DNA of 52,517 nucleotides, the filler included, from Diploschistes diacapsis (Eukaryota): the NCBI GenBank assembly GCA_023645945.1. It is 3 parts of 3 records of this genome, joined end to end, with 100 filler letters (N's around TTAATTAATTAA, not from the genome) between each part and the next. Parts side by side here need not be neighbours in the genome. Positions count along the whole stretch, not along the records: positions 1 to 17,472 come from JALAIB010000455.1; positions 17,573 to 35,014 come from JALAIB010000456.1; 1 more part is not named here. One strand, given 5' to 3'. Positions 12,368 through 22,923 of the stretch are shown in pieces. Within the stretch, counting starts at the first letter, position 1, and every line of letters starts with the position of its first letter. The position numbers and the translations under genes are program-made. The notes under the pieces were generated by a model. It was not told where the DNA came from. It ran no database searches and worked only from the letters and a program-made list of their open reading frames with translations.

Positions 12368-14833
12368 TTGTCAAGGGCTGCGCTTTCTGTTGCTGATGTT
12401 GAGTCGAACGACCAAGACCAATACCAGTTCGCTCATGACCCTTCCGGCGAAGAAGACTTGACCGACGACTCCGACGGGGACTCCTCCGTCATTCTTCTTC
12501 CACCTGTTCCCCACTCCAACACCAACTCGATCGTCGGTCCGACAGTGAAGATGTCGTCCAGCTCCTCGCAGGACACCCACAGCACGCACGAGACAGCAGC
12601 GACCGCCATCACGCAGCCGACGCTCGGACCTTTGCAGGAAAAGGGACTCGGTCAAGAAACCGACGAGTATGAACCCATTGACGAAGACGATCCACAGAAC
12701 TTTGATCTCACCGCACCGGCGGATGAGGGGCACTCTGGGCACGCAGCATATTCGCTGGAGGCACGATCCGAGCAGCTCTTCTCCAAGGAGCACCTCGAGC
12801 TTATCTTCTCGGAGCCCAGTCTGCTCCTCAAGTTCACCAACCATCTCAGCAAGCACAGGCCTCAGGCGGTCCCAATCCTCATCTATTACCTCGACGCTCT
12901 CAAAGCTCTGAGAGCGATAGCTTACGCCAATGCCGTTTCGGAGGGCCTCGAGCCACTTGGCGGCCATGACTTTACTCGCCACGCGCCGCAACTGTCGAAG
13001 AACCTTGCGCTGGAGGAAAAGGCAGCTCAAGCATTCGACGTTTTGGTCAGGGAGGAGCTGCCCGCGTTCATCACGTACAGATATGTCAGCATCGTCGGTC
13101 TCAGCATCCATAGACGGATAATGGGGACTTTGGCACCTCACCTACGTGAGGCCTCGGAGGGTTTGGCGGAGGTATTTTGCTTAACGGACGTCTCGAGGCC
13201 AGACAATCCAATAGTTTTTTCCTCCGAAGGTGGGGTCAACCTGTGCTCTACTGAATCGCAGCAACGTGCTGATCGTGTCTGTAGAATTCCACCGCACGAC
13301 ACAGTACGGCCTGAACTATGTTATTGGAAAGAATTGTCGCTTCGTGCAGGGTCCAAAGACGAGTAGGGATAGCGTGAGGAGGATAGGGCAAGCTGTGAGA
13401 GCAGGAAGAGAACACCAGGAGGTCCTTCTCAACTAGTGAGTCCACCAACAAAGCTCCAAGGCTTCACACTCAACCCTTGTAGCCGCCGAGATGGCTCTCC
13501 GTTCATGAATCTTTTGACCATTGCTCCTCTCTGCGACAGTCACGGCAAGGTCCGGTATTTTATCGGAGCTCAAGTCGACGTCAGCGGCCTCGTGAAGGAC
13601 TGTACGGATCTCGAGTCCCTGGAGCGGCTCGTACGGCGTGCGCGGCGTAAGCAACACGGCATCCCAAAGGACGCGTACAATGATGGGGATGATAATACAA
13701 TAAACGAGACCGTGGAGCCCCGACGGAAGGATGAGTTCCGGGAGCTTTCCGAAATGCTCAATGTGTCCGAACTCGAAACCGTTCGCATGCACGGTGGCCG
13801 CATGCATTCCGAGCTTGCTGATGCAGAAGATCGCGTGAGTGCGCGAGCCAGCAACAGACCTCGTTTGCTCATCAAAGAGCCGAGCGGCGAAATGAGCGAT
13901 GACCAGCAGGCACCCCTTCTCAGTACAAGGGGTCGCTTGCCTGGCGTCTATCAACACGTGAGCCTATGCCACCACTGGGCCAACAATTACTGACTTGAAC
14001 CACAGTATCTTCTCCTCCGCCCCCATCCTTCTCTCCGTGTTCTTTTCACCTCTCCTTCTCTCCGCGTACCAGGCCTCCTGCAGTCGCCCTTCCTCTCCCG
14101 CGTGGGGGGGTCTCAGCGCGTGCGCGAAGAACTCGTCGCGGCACTGGCCGAGGGCCGGAACGTGACCGCGAAAATCAAGTGGCTGAACCGCTTCGATGAC
14201 GAAGGTCGCAGCAGATGGATACACTGCACTCCGCTCATTGGCAGCAACGGTGCTGTCGGGTCGTGGATGGTAGTGATGGTCGACGACGCACGTGAGATCG
14301 AGAGAAAGCGAATGGGCGTAGAGGCAGGCATCGGGATGGGCTTCGGCATGGGAGGTCGATGGAGGCAGGCGCCGGCGGTGGACAGCAACATCGGCTCTTC
14401 GCGAGAGAGGGACGACCAAAGCATCATCAGGATGCACAAGCATCTGGCAGGGGACACAGGCAGCGGCAGCCAGGCCGGCTGGCCCCTACGTGACGACAGC
14501 CAGAGCTTGGACGGTAGCGTCACGAGTTTCGCACAGATGTCAGACGGCCAAAGGCTAGAGGAGCAGGCTGGGCTGCGGAGCGGACCTCACAGGGATCGCA
14601 CAGCAGAAACTTACTCGCCCAGAGCAGAGCCACGCGTGGCTGTGCGCTTCAAGCCGAGGAGTAACCCGAGCTGTCGTCAAAGCCCGGAACGAGGTTTGAG
14701 GGCCGTTGCGAGCAAGGAGAAGGTAGGGAGGGAGGTCTACCCGGGATCAGGAAACAGGAGTCGCGTGACGGATGGAGGAGGGAGTCGGGGGCGGTCGAGG
14801 ACAGGAAGTCCAGGGAAAGGCTATGCCTTTTGA
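12368..14833 (+). CDS. RGS-LOV family blue-light photoreceptor with C-terminal PAS-like region; introns approx. 13230-13284, 13436-13482, 13958-14005; 5' end uncertain (first in-frame ATG at 12551)
   Basis: Spliced product contains DNPIVFSSEEFHRTTQY...GKNCRFVQG...LLNYRRDGSPFMN...YFIGAQVDV (LOV core with the photoactive Cys), preceded by a helical RGS-like region (LELIFSEPSLLLKFTNHL...YYLDALKAL). Confidence 0.88.
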
Positions 14834-15462
14834 GTGCTGTTCGGGGCTCCGAGAAGAGAGTCCTGTACGATACAAGCATTCAGGGTGGGTAATATATACA
14901 AAAGCACGGCGTTGGTGCGGACGGAATGCGGAAGATCGGAAGCGAGGCTTGTGCATGGCTCCAGCGGCTATGTTTTGGGCATGAGCATCGCTTCGAGAAC
15001 ATCGCAGAGCTACTTCTGCTGAACTGCGCTATCTCTGAGTCGATACTATTTAGCTACTACTATGGGTCTCCAGCAGCCCTTTGAAGGCTACCGGTTGCAA
15101 TAATATAAGTTACGGGCCTCTCGTGCTCCCTGCGACGGTTACAAATCTGTGCAAAGAAGTATATGAAATGACTCGGTAGCCCCCGAAGGGTTGTTGAGCA
15201 GACTACTACTACTTCCATTGAAAGTTGCTTGAATATAGTTGAAGCCAACCCAGGCCCCATAGAGATGGAAAAATGATAAGCCGGGCAGAGCACGGTTGCC
15301 GGACGATCATCATCCACGGAGCTTCCTTCTCAACGCCGCATCGCACAGCCCACAAGCCCGTTGATAACTTCTCTAGTATAGCTGCAGTTCTGGGCTAATT
15401 TGGTAGATTCTTGGAAGAAAAAGCCTCGAATTTGCAGCTCAGGGAAAACAGACAAAGCGGCC

Positions 15463-17382
15463 ATGGCTCCTGGTATACAGGATCCTCGCATGAGCTCCGT
15501 GCAGCCTCGACTTAGGTACAATACTATTGGCGGTGTCAATGGGCCTCTCGTCATTCTCGAAAATGTGTGTTGCTAGCCTTTCGTCAGTAAACGCTTGAAT
15601 GAGACTCTGATGGCGTCCCAAAGGTCAAATTTCCCCGTTACAATGAGATTGTGTCTCTGTCGTTGCCCGACGGTACTGAGCGGTCAGGCCAAGTGCTGGA
15701 AGCTCGAGGTAAACCGGCCCCTGGACCTTCTACTGTCATTGCTAATAGGAGAATTCACAGGTAACAGAGCCGTCGTCCAGGTCTTCGAGGGCACATCCGG
15801 TATTGACGTGAAGAAGGTACATATATGAGGAGCAACAGGACGACGGTGTTGCACGCTGATGGGGAAGTAGACAAAAGTCGAGTTCACTGGCCACAATCTC
15901 AAGATTGGAGTTTCGGAAGACATGCTGGGTCGAGTCTTCGATGGTTCCGGACGAGCTATCGACAAAGGGCCAAAGGTTCTGGCGGAAGATTACCTCGACA
16001 TTAACGGAAGCCCTATTAACCCCTACTCTCGGGTAAGGGCATTGCACCGGGTCCACCCATAACTAATTCTCATTGGTGAAAGGTATACCCGGAGGAAATG
16101 ATTGCTACTGGTATTTCGGCTATTGACACCATGAATTCCATCGCCCGTGGTCAGAAGATACCCATCTTCTCAGCTGCCGGTCTCCCCCACAACGAAATTG
16201 CCGCTCAAATATGTCGGCAAGCCGGACTAGTTGGGAAACCTACGAAGGACGTCCATGATGGTCACGAGGAGAACTTTTCCATCGTGTTCGGCGCCATGGG
16301 TGTCAACATGGAGACGAGTCGCTTCTTCACACGAGACTTTGAGGAGAACGGAAGCATGGAGAGGGTTACGCTGTTCCTCAACCTTGCCAACGACCCAACG
16401 TGTGTCCTTGTCTCTATGTCTTCTGCGATATCATGGCTAATGGCATCTAGAATTGAACGTATCATCACCCCCCGTCTCGCTCTCACCACCGCCGAATACT
16501 ACGCCTATCAGCTAGAGAAGCATGTTCTGGTTATTCTCACCGATCTTACATCTTACTGTGATGCTCTTCGTGAAGTTTCGGCCGCGAGAGAAGAAGTGCC
16601 CGGTCGCCGTGGCTATCCTGGTTACATGTACACTGACTTGTCCACCATTTATGAGCGCGCCGGTCGTGTTAAAGGCCGCAATGGGTCAATTACGCAGATT
16701 CCTATCCTTACCATGCCTAACGACGGTAGTTCCTGCCCCCGTTCCGGTGATATACTCCAGCTGACGAAGATAGATATCACACATCCCATTCCGGATCTGA
16801 CGGGCTACATCACGGAGGGCCAGATCTTCATCGATCGTCAATTACACAACAAGGGCATCTATCCACCAATCAATGTCCTGCCGTCTTTGTCACGTCTAAT
16901 GAAATCTGCTATTGGAGAGGGCCGTACGCGCAAAGACCACGGTGACGTTTCGAATCAGCTTTATGCCAAGTACGCTATCGGTCGTGATGCAGGTGCGTTC
17001 ACCCTATGCTTGTGATGAACAAAAAATGCTCATTGGTACAGCGTCCATGAAGGCTGTGGTTGGCGAGGAAGCTCTGTCATCCGAGGACAAACTATCCCTC
17101 GAATTTTTGGAGAAGTTCGAAAAGACGTTTATCGCGCAATCCGCCTACGAATCGCGATCAATATTCGAAAGTATTGAGCTCGCTTGGAGCCTGCTCCGCA
17201 TCTACCCCAAGGAACTGCTGAACAGAATACCGAAGAAGATCATTGACGAGTATTACGCCCGGTCTGGAAAGGGTAAAGGGCGGGAACGAGGCAACAAGGA
17301 CACGCGCGACAACACTGAACAAGATGGCAAGAAGGACGGTAAGCAGGATGGAAAGAAGGATCAGCCGCTTGTTGATGTTTGA
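15463..17382 (+). CDS. VMA2: V-type H+-ATPase subunit B, 8 exons
   Basis: [93 protein letters not shown]; canonical introns restore the frame. Confidence 0.98.
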
Positions 17383-17472
17383 CGGACGAAAGCCAGGCGT
17401 TTGCAGTAAGCTCTCATGGCTTGATGAGAATAAAGGGCTGGGTGGTGATGGTGGCGGTGGTGGTGGTGGTGG

Positions 17473-17572
17473 NNNNNNNNNNNNNNNNNNNNNNNNNNNN
17501 NNNNNNNNNNNNNNNNTTAATTAATTAANNNNNNNNNNNNNNNNNNNNNNNNNNNNNNNNNNNNNNNNNNNN
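17473..17572. other. Artificial assembly spacer (44 N + TTAATTAATTAA + 44 N)
   Basis: N runs flanking a 12-mer that gives stops in all six frames; an identical spacer occurs at 35015-35114. Confidence 0.97.
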
Positions 17573-18263
17573 AAAGTCGACTGCGTCTGGGACTCATGCT
17601 GGGGCATGTGTGGCGGAGGGCTTTCTTCTGGGTGCTGGGGTTGAAGGTAAGGGATTAGGGTAGGAGGGGAGGAGGAGGAGATGGGCTGGGGCGGATGGCA
17701 GGGAAGAGCGCTCTGGTGGGGTGGAAAGAGAGAACTTCTAGTTAGTCTGTTAAGGGGAGTGGTGGGTGGCATGGAGTGGGCAAGGGTGGACAGCGGGGAT
17801 GGGCAGGGGATTGAGGGAAGGAGAGGATTCTGGTGGTCTCAGTGAGAGGGAACTTGGGATGTTGAATTCGAAAATTGCTCTCTTGTATTGTCTTGATTGG
17901 TTGATTGCTGAGCGCCAACTAGTCGGGAGCGTTCCTTAGAAGTAGGACGTGCGGCTAAGTCAAACTCCTTACGAAATCAATAACGGACCAGAAATCGAAA
18001 TATTATCATACTGTGGATAAACCCGTGGGCGGAACTCCTGATTTTTATGTGTTCAGACAACAATGGAATAGAACTTTGTAAACTCGTGGCACTGGACGAT
18101 GCATCGCACTGAAGACCATCCGACGCATCTCCTGCTCTAATATTAGCGACTTGGTCATGACAACTTCTAAGGGTACCGGCTGAGCATACCTCTAGCACTC
18201 CGGAACGCCACAGATCGCTCAATCCGTCCCTAACAAGTATCCAAAATCCTACACTACCACCTC

Positions 18264-18731
18264 CTACTTCTTCTCTTTCGCTTTCATAGCCTTTGCTAAC
18301 TTTGGCCAAAAGTCTCTGTTCATGATCGCGTCCACAAACTCCTTATGTCCCAGTATCGTGTCGCCCGACTCGTCAAAATCCAGGAACCAAACATACTCGT
18401 TTACGTATTCTCCGGCGTCCGTGTCGCCACGCGCCGTCAAGTACATGACAATGCGCCGGCCGGGAACATCCTCGACGAGCTCGTGGCAGGTTAGAGAGAA
18501 GCTGTGGAATATGGATAGGAGTTTTCGGAGCGAGCCGATATACGTCGCATTGTCGTGTGGAGGATGGCCGAGCGTGGAGGGTAGAATGTAGCGTAAAGCA
18601 TTCGGCGCCCGGAACCCCGCGACAGCATCGACATCCATGGCGTTGAAGGCGGCCACGTAGGCATTTGCAGTTTGATGCTGGCGGGTCATCGTAGCGGTAC
18701 CCATGTTGTCTTCTGCAAACGTACTTGGCAT
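18264..18731 (-). CDS. SnoaL-like/NTF2-fold protein (AusH/AusJ-like family), intronless, 155 aa
   Basis: AFNAMDVDAVAGFRAP...GEYVNEYVWFLDFDESGDTILGHKEFVD is typical of this family; TATAAATA lies about 35-40 nt upstream on the minus strand. Confidence 0.85.
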   Translation of the reverse strand: MPSTFAEDNMGTATMTRQHQTANAYVAAFNAMDVDAVAGFRAPNALRYILPSTLGHPPHDNATYIGSLRKLLSIFHSFSLTCHELVEDVPGRRIVMYLTARGDTDAGEYVNEYVWFLDFDESGDTILGHKEFVDAIMNRDFWPKLAKAMKAKEKK

Positions 18732-20733
18732 TTGACACCTGGAGAACGTGATTTCCTATTTGGGGTATTTATACCTTGTCCTGTACGTGAGAGATGCTCG
18801 TTTGGGACTCACAGATTTGTTTTGGGCAAGCGATTGTGTCCAGAAAGGAAAGTGGAGGCTCAGATCTTATCGAGAAAGGAAGGCTCCCTCCACTTCGCAG
18901 CTAGTGGCTAGATAGCGCTATACTAGCGTATGGCGTAGACTGCTGTGTCCCAATTTGGATAGCGCTATCTATGTGGTGTTGTCATCTCGGGTTCTCTTCG
19001 GGCCCCTAAGAGTCAAGTTTTTCAGGAACCGCTGCTACCGCCCGGTTGCTCAAATCAAATGGCATTGTTTGGTCTTCTGCTGTCGTAAGAAGCTCGAGAA
19101 ACAGGTTAATATGATTTAGATTGTATTAGAGGATGCAGAATAAATCGTGCAATGCAATGCAAGGGATGGAAGTATAGGAAATAGCGAGGTATAGATCAAC
19201 GCAGCACACCACGGTGATCATCGTAAGCCATATCAATAATGATGCAGAGTAAAGGATTAGATCGTGTCAAGATCCATCTTGCAACCTTCAGATACATATC
19301 TGGAAAAGCTTAAAAATCGTCCGGCGAACAGAGTAGGAGACTCAGAGTGGCTACCTGATTAGTTGTTGTTCCTAATAACTTTGGATTTGAAGGCGGTCAC
19401 TCCGAGATCTCAGGGGTAACAAGATAGCCCCCACTACCATACTGACAACCAACCCACGTACTGGACCCGACCATACGATAGACTCTGATTCGGTCGTATA
19501 TACAGTAATTCTCAAAGCGCGAAGCTCCAATCGGCGGCCCTGCTGCCACACGAGATGCTATATCTATACCGAAGCATTGTTAAAGAACCTCACGCTGCGC
19601 CTGAGAGGAATCTGATTGTCCTCTGCGAGGGACCTTTCGAGGCCACAGCATCGATCTGGTTCGCATGCCGCGTGGATCCTTCTCGGAGCGGTCCAATAAC
19701 GGATAGTAGATACTTAGGTAGCATTCGCTGGATACTCTTATCCCACACCACTGACTTTCCACTTGAATGCGAGAAGCAGTCTGGAGCCGCAAGAGCTCTT
19801 GTCGTCATGGTAGCTTTGGTCACTCAATGCTTCAATGATCCTTCGGCTTGATAAGAGATACAAATTTGTAGAGACTAGTCTAGTACATAAGAAAGGTTAG
19901 AATCATAGTCTCGAAGAGTCTGGTAAAAGAAGCGCAAGTATATACAAAACTAAGCAGCAAGCGTCTGAACAGAACCAGAGAAGCAATCTATTAGCGCAAG
20001 GTAGGTTTGTCGAAGTAGGCATAACTGTACCTGCCATAGTACGGAGCTTTGGCCACTCAAGTCGGCTACAGATAGAAACCTGTTCCTTGGGCGTAGTGAG
20101 AATATGTGTCTCTTCAAAGCGATATTGACAACTCCTCGAAACAAATTTGGGGTTCAAAAAACCGACTAATTTATTCGCCAAGCCTAGCCCTACGAGATGT
20201 ATCACGTGTGTTGTGTTAAAGCCGATACGCTGTGAATGAGACCCCTTCAGTAAAGTGCTGAGACAGACAACATGCAGACTTATATTTCGAGAATATCTTT
20301 TAACCAAGCGATAGTACAAATCCTCTGTAATTGTCCATATTGCAAACAGAAAGGCTGAATCATGACACCACGCCACTGGGTATATATAGAGAAGGCACCC
20401 AGAGATGCCACCATTTAATCCATCCTTCTTCCTTTCATCTTCATAGGGTGCCCCCAAAAACATCAGCCAGCTCCTGCACTTATAGGTGCCAAAGCCCTTC
20501 GAAGGGCTTAGCCTAACACTGTTCACAACATATACTGATTCAAAGGCCAGATTGCGATAGTGGAGTCCCGAAGGCTGTTAAGCAGGTTTTAGGCGTGGAG
20601 GGCATGACATTCTCGACTGGAGGTGATGTCGGCGTCATGAGTTCCGTTCTTCATAGGCTATATGTATGAAATCTTGAACACTCTCGGAAAAAGCCTGTAC
20701 TCGAGTCAACAATTATGATGTTCTAAGGTACAA

Positions 20734-22350
20734 CTAGAAGCTAATATCCTCGATCTGATACAGGATCTGGCGCTTGTAAGCATAGCACGATGCAGATATT
20801 GTGTAGCTTACCTTCTCAATATAGCGTACACCGACCATGATTCCATCTTTGTCAGTGAGTTCTGCTTCATCGCCAAAGCCCTGGTTGTTAGGATCTAAGC
20901 ATGTCAAGCAAGCCAGCACGACATTTGTATAGACTCTGCCCATCTTCTCTGGTAAGTGAGCTTCGGCCATAGCGACAAGGCTACTCTTGATCCGGAAAGC
21001 TCTCGCGCGAAGATCCTTATTTTCCAGATGTTTCGCAATGTCTAGCGCTGGGCTAGGAATTGCGCCCCTTGGATTCTGATTGCTGTACTGTCTTAGCGAA
21101 TCGCTAGAGCGGATGTTCGCTCGCATACCTCTTCCCACGTCGCCTCAAAGCTTACAAAAGAAGTACCCAGGCCAACCTCAAGTAGACACACCCCAAGACT
21201 GTAAACGTCATGTCGCATCTCATACTCCTCTTCGGGCACCTCTCCCTGTCACTTTGGATGTCGATAGAGATTCTTTTCCCAAAATACATCGCCCTTTAGG
21301 TACGTCTGGCCCTCAGCTCGCCGGAACTTCTCGAAGCCTACGAGGAACGGACTTTCTAATCCGGGTTGGGAGTGCTCCAGTAGAAGTATTGTTTCAGGTG
21401 AGACATTTTTGTGGACGATCTGTGCGGAATGAAGGAACGATATCGAACGTGCTATTAGCTTTGCAATCCGAAACCGATAATCAAGGGAATGGGGAATATT
21501 GGAGGCCAGTAGGTAGGTCCTTAGGCTGCAAGGGTTACGAAATGCAGGCGGAACGTTGAAGATGAACTCAACCCCCGTGATTCGATCGGAGGAGTCGTAA
21601 ACTTTGGAAAGGCCCCGGCAAGTAAGCAGACTAAAGATGCTTGGATCAACATTTGCAAGAATACGCGCGATATCGCGCGCATCCTTCATGGAGTTTTTGA
21701 GACGACTCTCTTCGACAATATGCAATGGGTCGATAACGACAAGATCGTGCGAAGCATCTGCGACTGCACCCACATCGGCGTATGTATTCAAGATGGATAT
21801 CCTCCCTTGCATGGAAAAGCCCCGCGAAAGAAAAATAGAATCGCCAGACTCGACAGGCTGCGAGTTCAGTTGTTGAGCATGTTGCAGATCTCGAAGTATT
21901 GATAGCTCTTTGCTCGTCGGCTCTTGATCGACCGGGCTAAGCGCAGATGGAATTCGCGCAAGAACATACCAGGACGGATCAAACCTCCTCTGTCACTCGT
22001 CGAGATCTCTTACAGTCCGGTCAAGTTTCTTTTTGGTAACTGTAGCATATTTAACCTTCTATGTGTCCCCTCTACTACCAATCAAAGTCTTCAAGCTAGG
22101 TTCAACTGCTTTTATTGCGTCAAGGTCGCTGACGATCGCGACTGCGGCCTGCAGTTTCTCCTCCAATACTGCCAATACATGACTCTGATGTACTTGCACA
22201 CGTGTGTCCAAACTGCTCCAAATTGACCCAATCGTCTGCACTTGATTCTGTGTTCTCAGCCATATCCCCTCAATGCTCAAAAGGCTTTCGCGAAGTTCAC
22301 GGTCCGCATGCTTATACGCTTGACAGACTTTGTAGAGTTGTTTTCCATAT
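20734..22350 (-). pseudogene. N-terminal helical (HeLo/HET-S-like) domain + degenerate protein-kinase-like domain (MLKL-like architecture); three in-frame stops (22059-61 TAG, 21993-95 TGA, 21249-51 TGA); first exon upstream of 22350 not resolved
   Basis: One frame reads YGKQLYKVCQAYKHADRELRESLLSIEGIW...DLDE*QRRFDPSW...ARSISFLHSAQIVHKNVSPETILL...FLVGFEKFR...LYRHPK*QG...HDVYSLGVCLLEVG, then spliced LPEKMGRVYTNVVLACLTCLD...VGVRYIEK|ILYQIEDISF*. Confidence 0.8.
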
Positions 22351-22923
22351 CTGTATGTAGGTTAGCAGCAGTGGCATTAGTCATGCTGATCATGGTTCGC
22401 TGAGTACGATGGACACGTGGGTGTCCCGCAGTCCATGGGAACATGGAAACCAACCAGATAGGTGACGTTCAGCCCACTTTTGGAGAGATTCACTTGAGGC
22501 AGAGATCGACCGTACCCAAGCCCAGATCTTGAATAGGCTTCTTTTGATATGATTTGAAGAGTAGCAAAATAAGGCTGGAACACAGCCTCGCTTTCTCCAC
22601 CAATGGCTATCACGGACATGGGCACTGCTGAGTTGTAAGCGTGGCTAGCCCGTATTTACAAGTTTACCTTGACCCGGCCTGCAGATACACGCTTAATCCC
22701 ACGACTCTTGTCGTATATGTATATACGGAAACATGTCTTTTCGAGGACCACACCGGAAATCAGACCGGAACATGTAGGTCTTTGAGCCAATGCCGCGAGC
22801 TAGGAAGGATTATATCATTATTATATAACAGACGTGCTATGAGCTAAATCTGTCGATAGCGGCTTCTTCTTATTCTTTCGAAGATGCCAGGACCATTTAC
22901 GGGGGTAGGTGGCTATCTAGTCG

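Noticed and set aside
17517..17528. TTAATTAATTAA palindrome inside N runs (also 35059-35070) as a biological element
   Set aside because: Identical 100-nt spacer in both places with stops in all six frames: an assembly linker.
17573..17772. 83-aa Pro-rich minus-strand ORF running into the gap
   Set aside because: Low-complexity and truncated by the gap; may be the 5' region of a gene (intron-like GACTAAC...CAG present) but no product can be supported.
19555..20526. ORFs of 98 aa (+) and 207 aa (-)
   Set aside because: No recognisable motifs or splice structure; consistent with intergenic chance ORFs.
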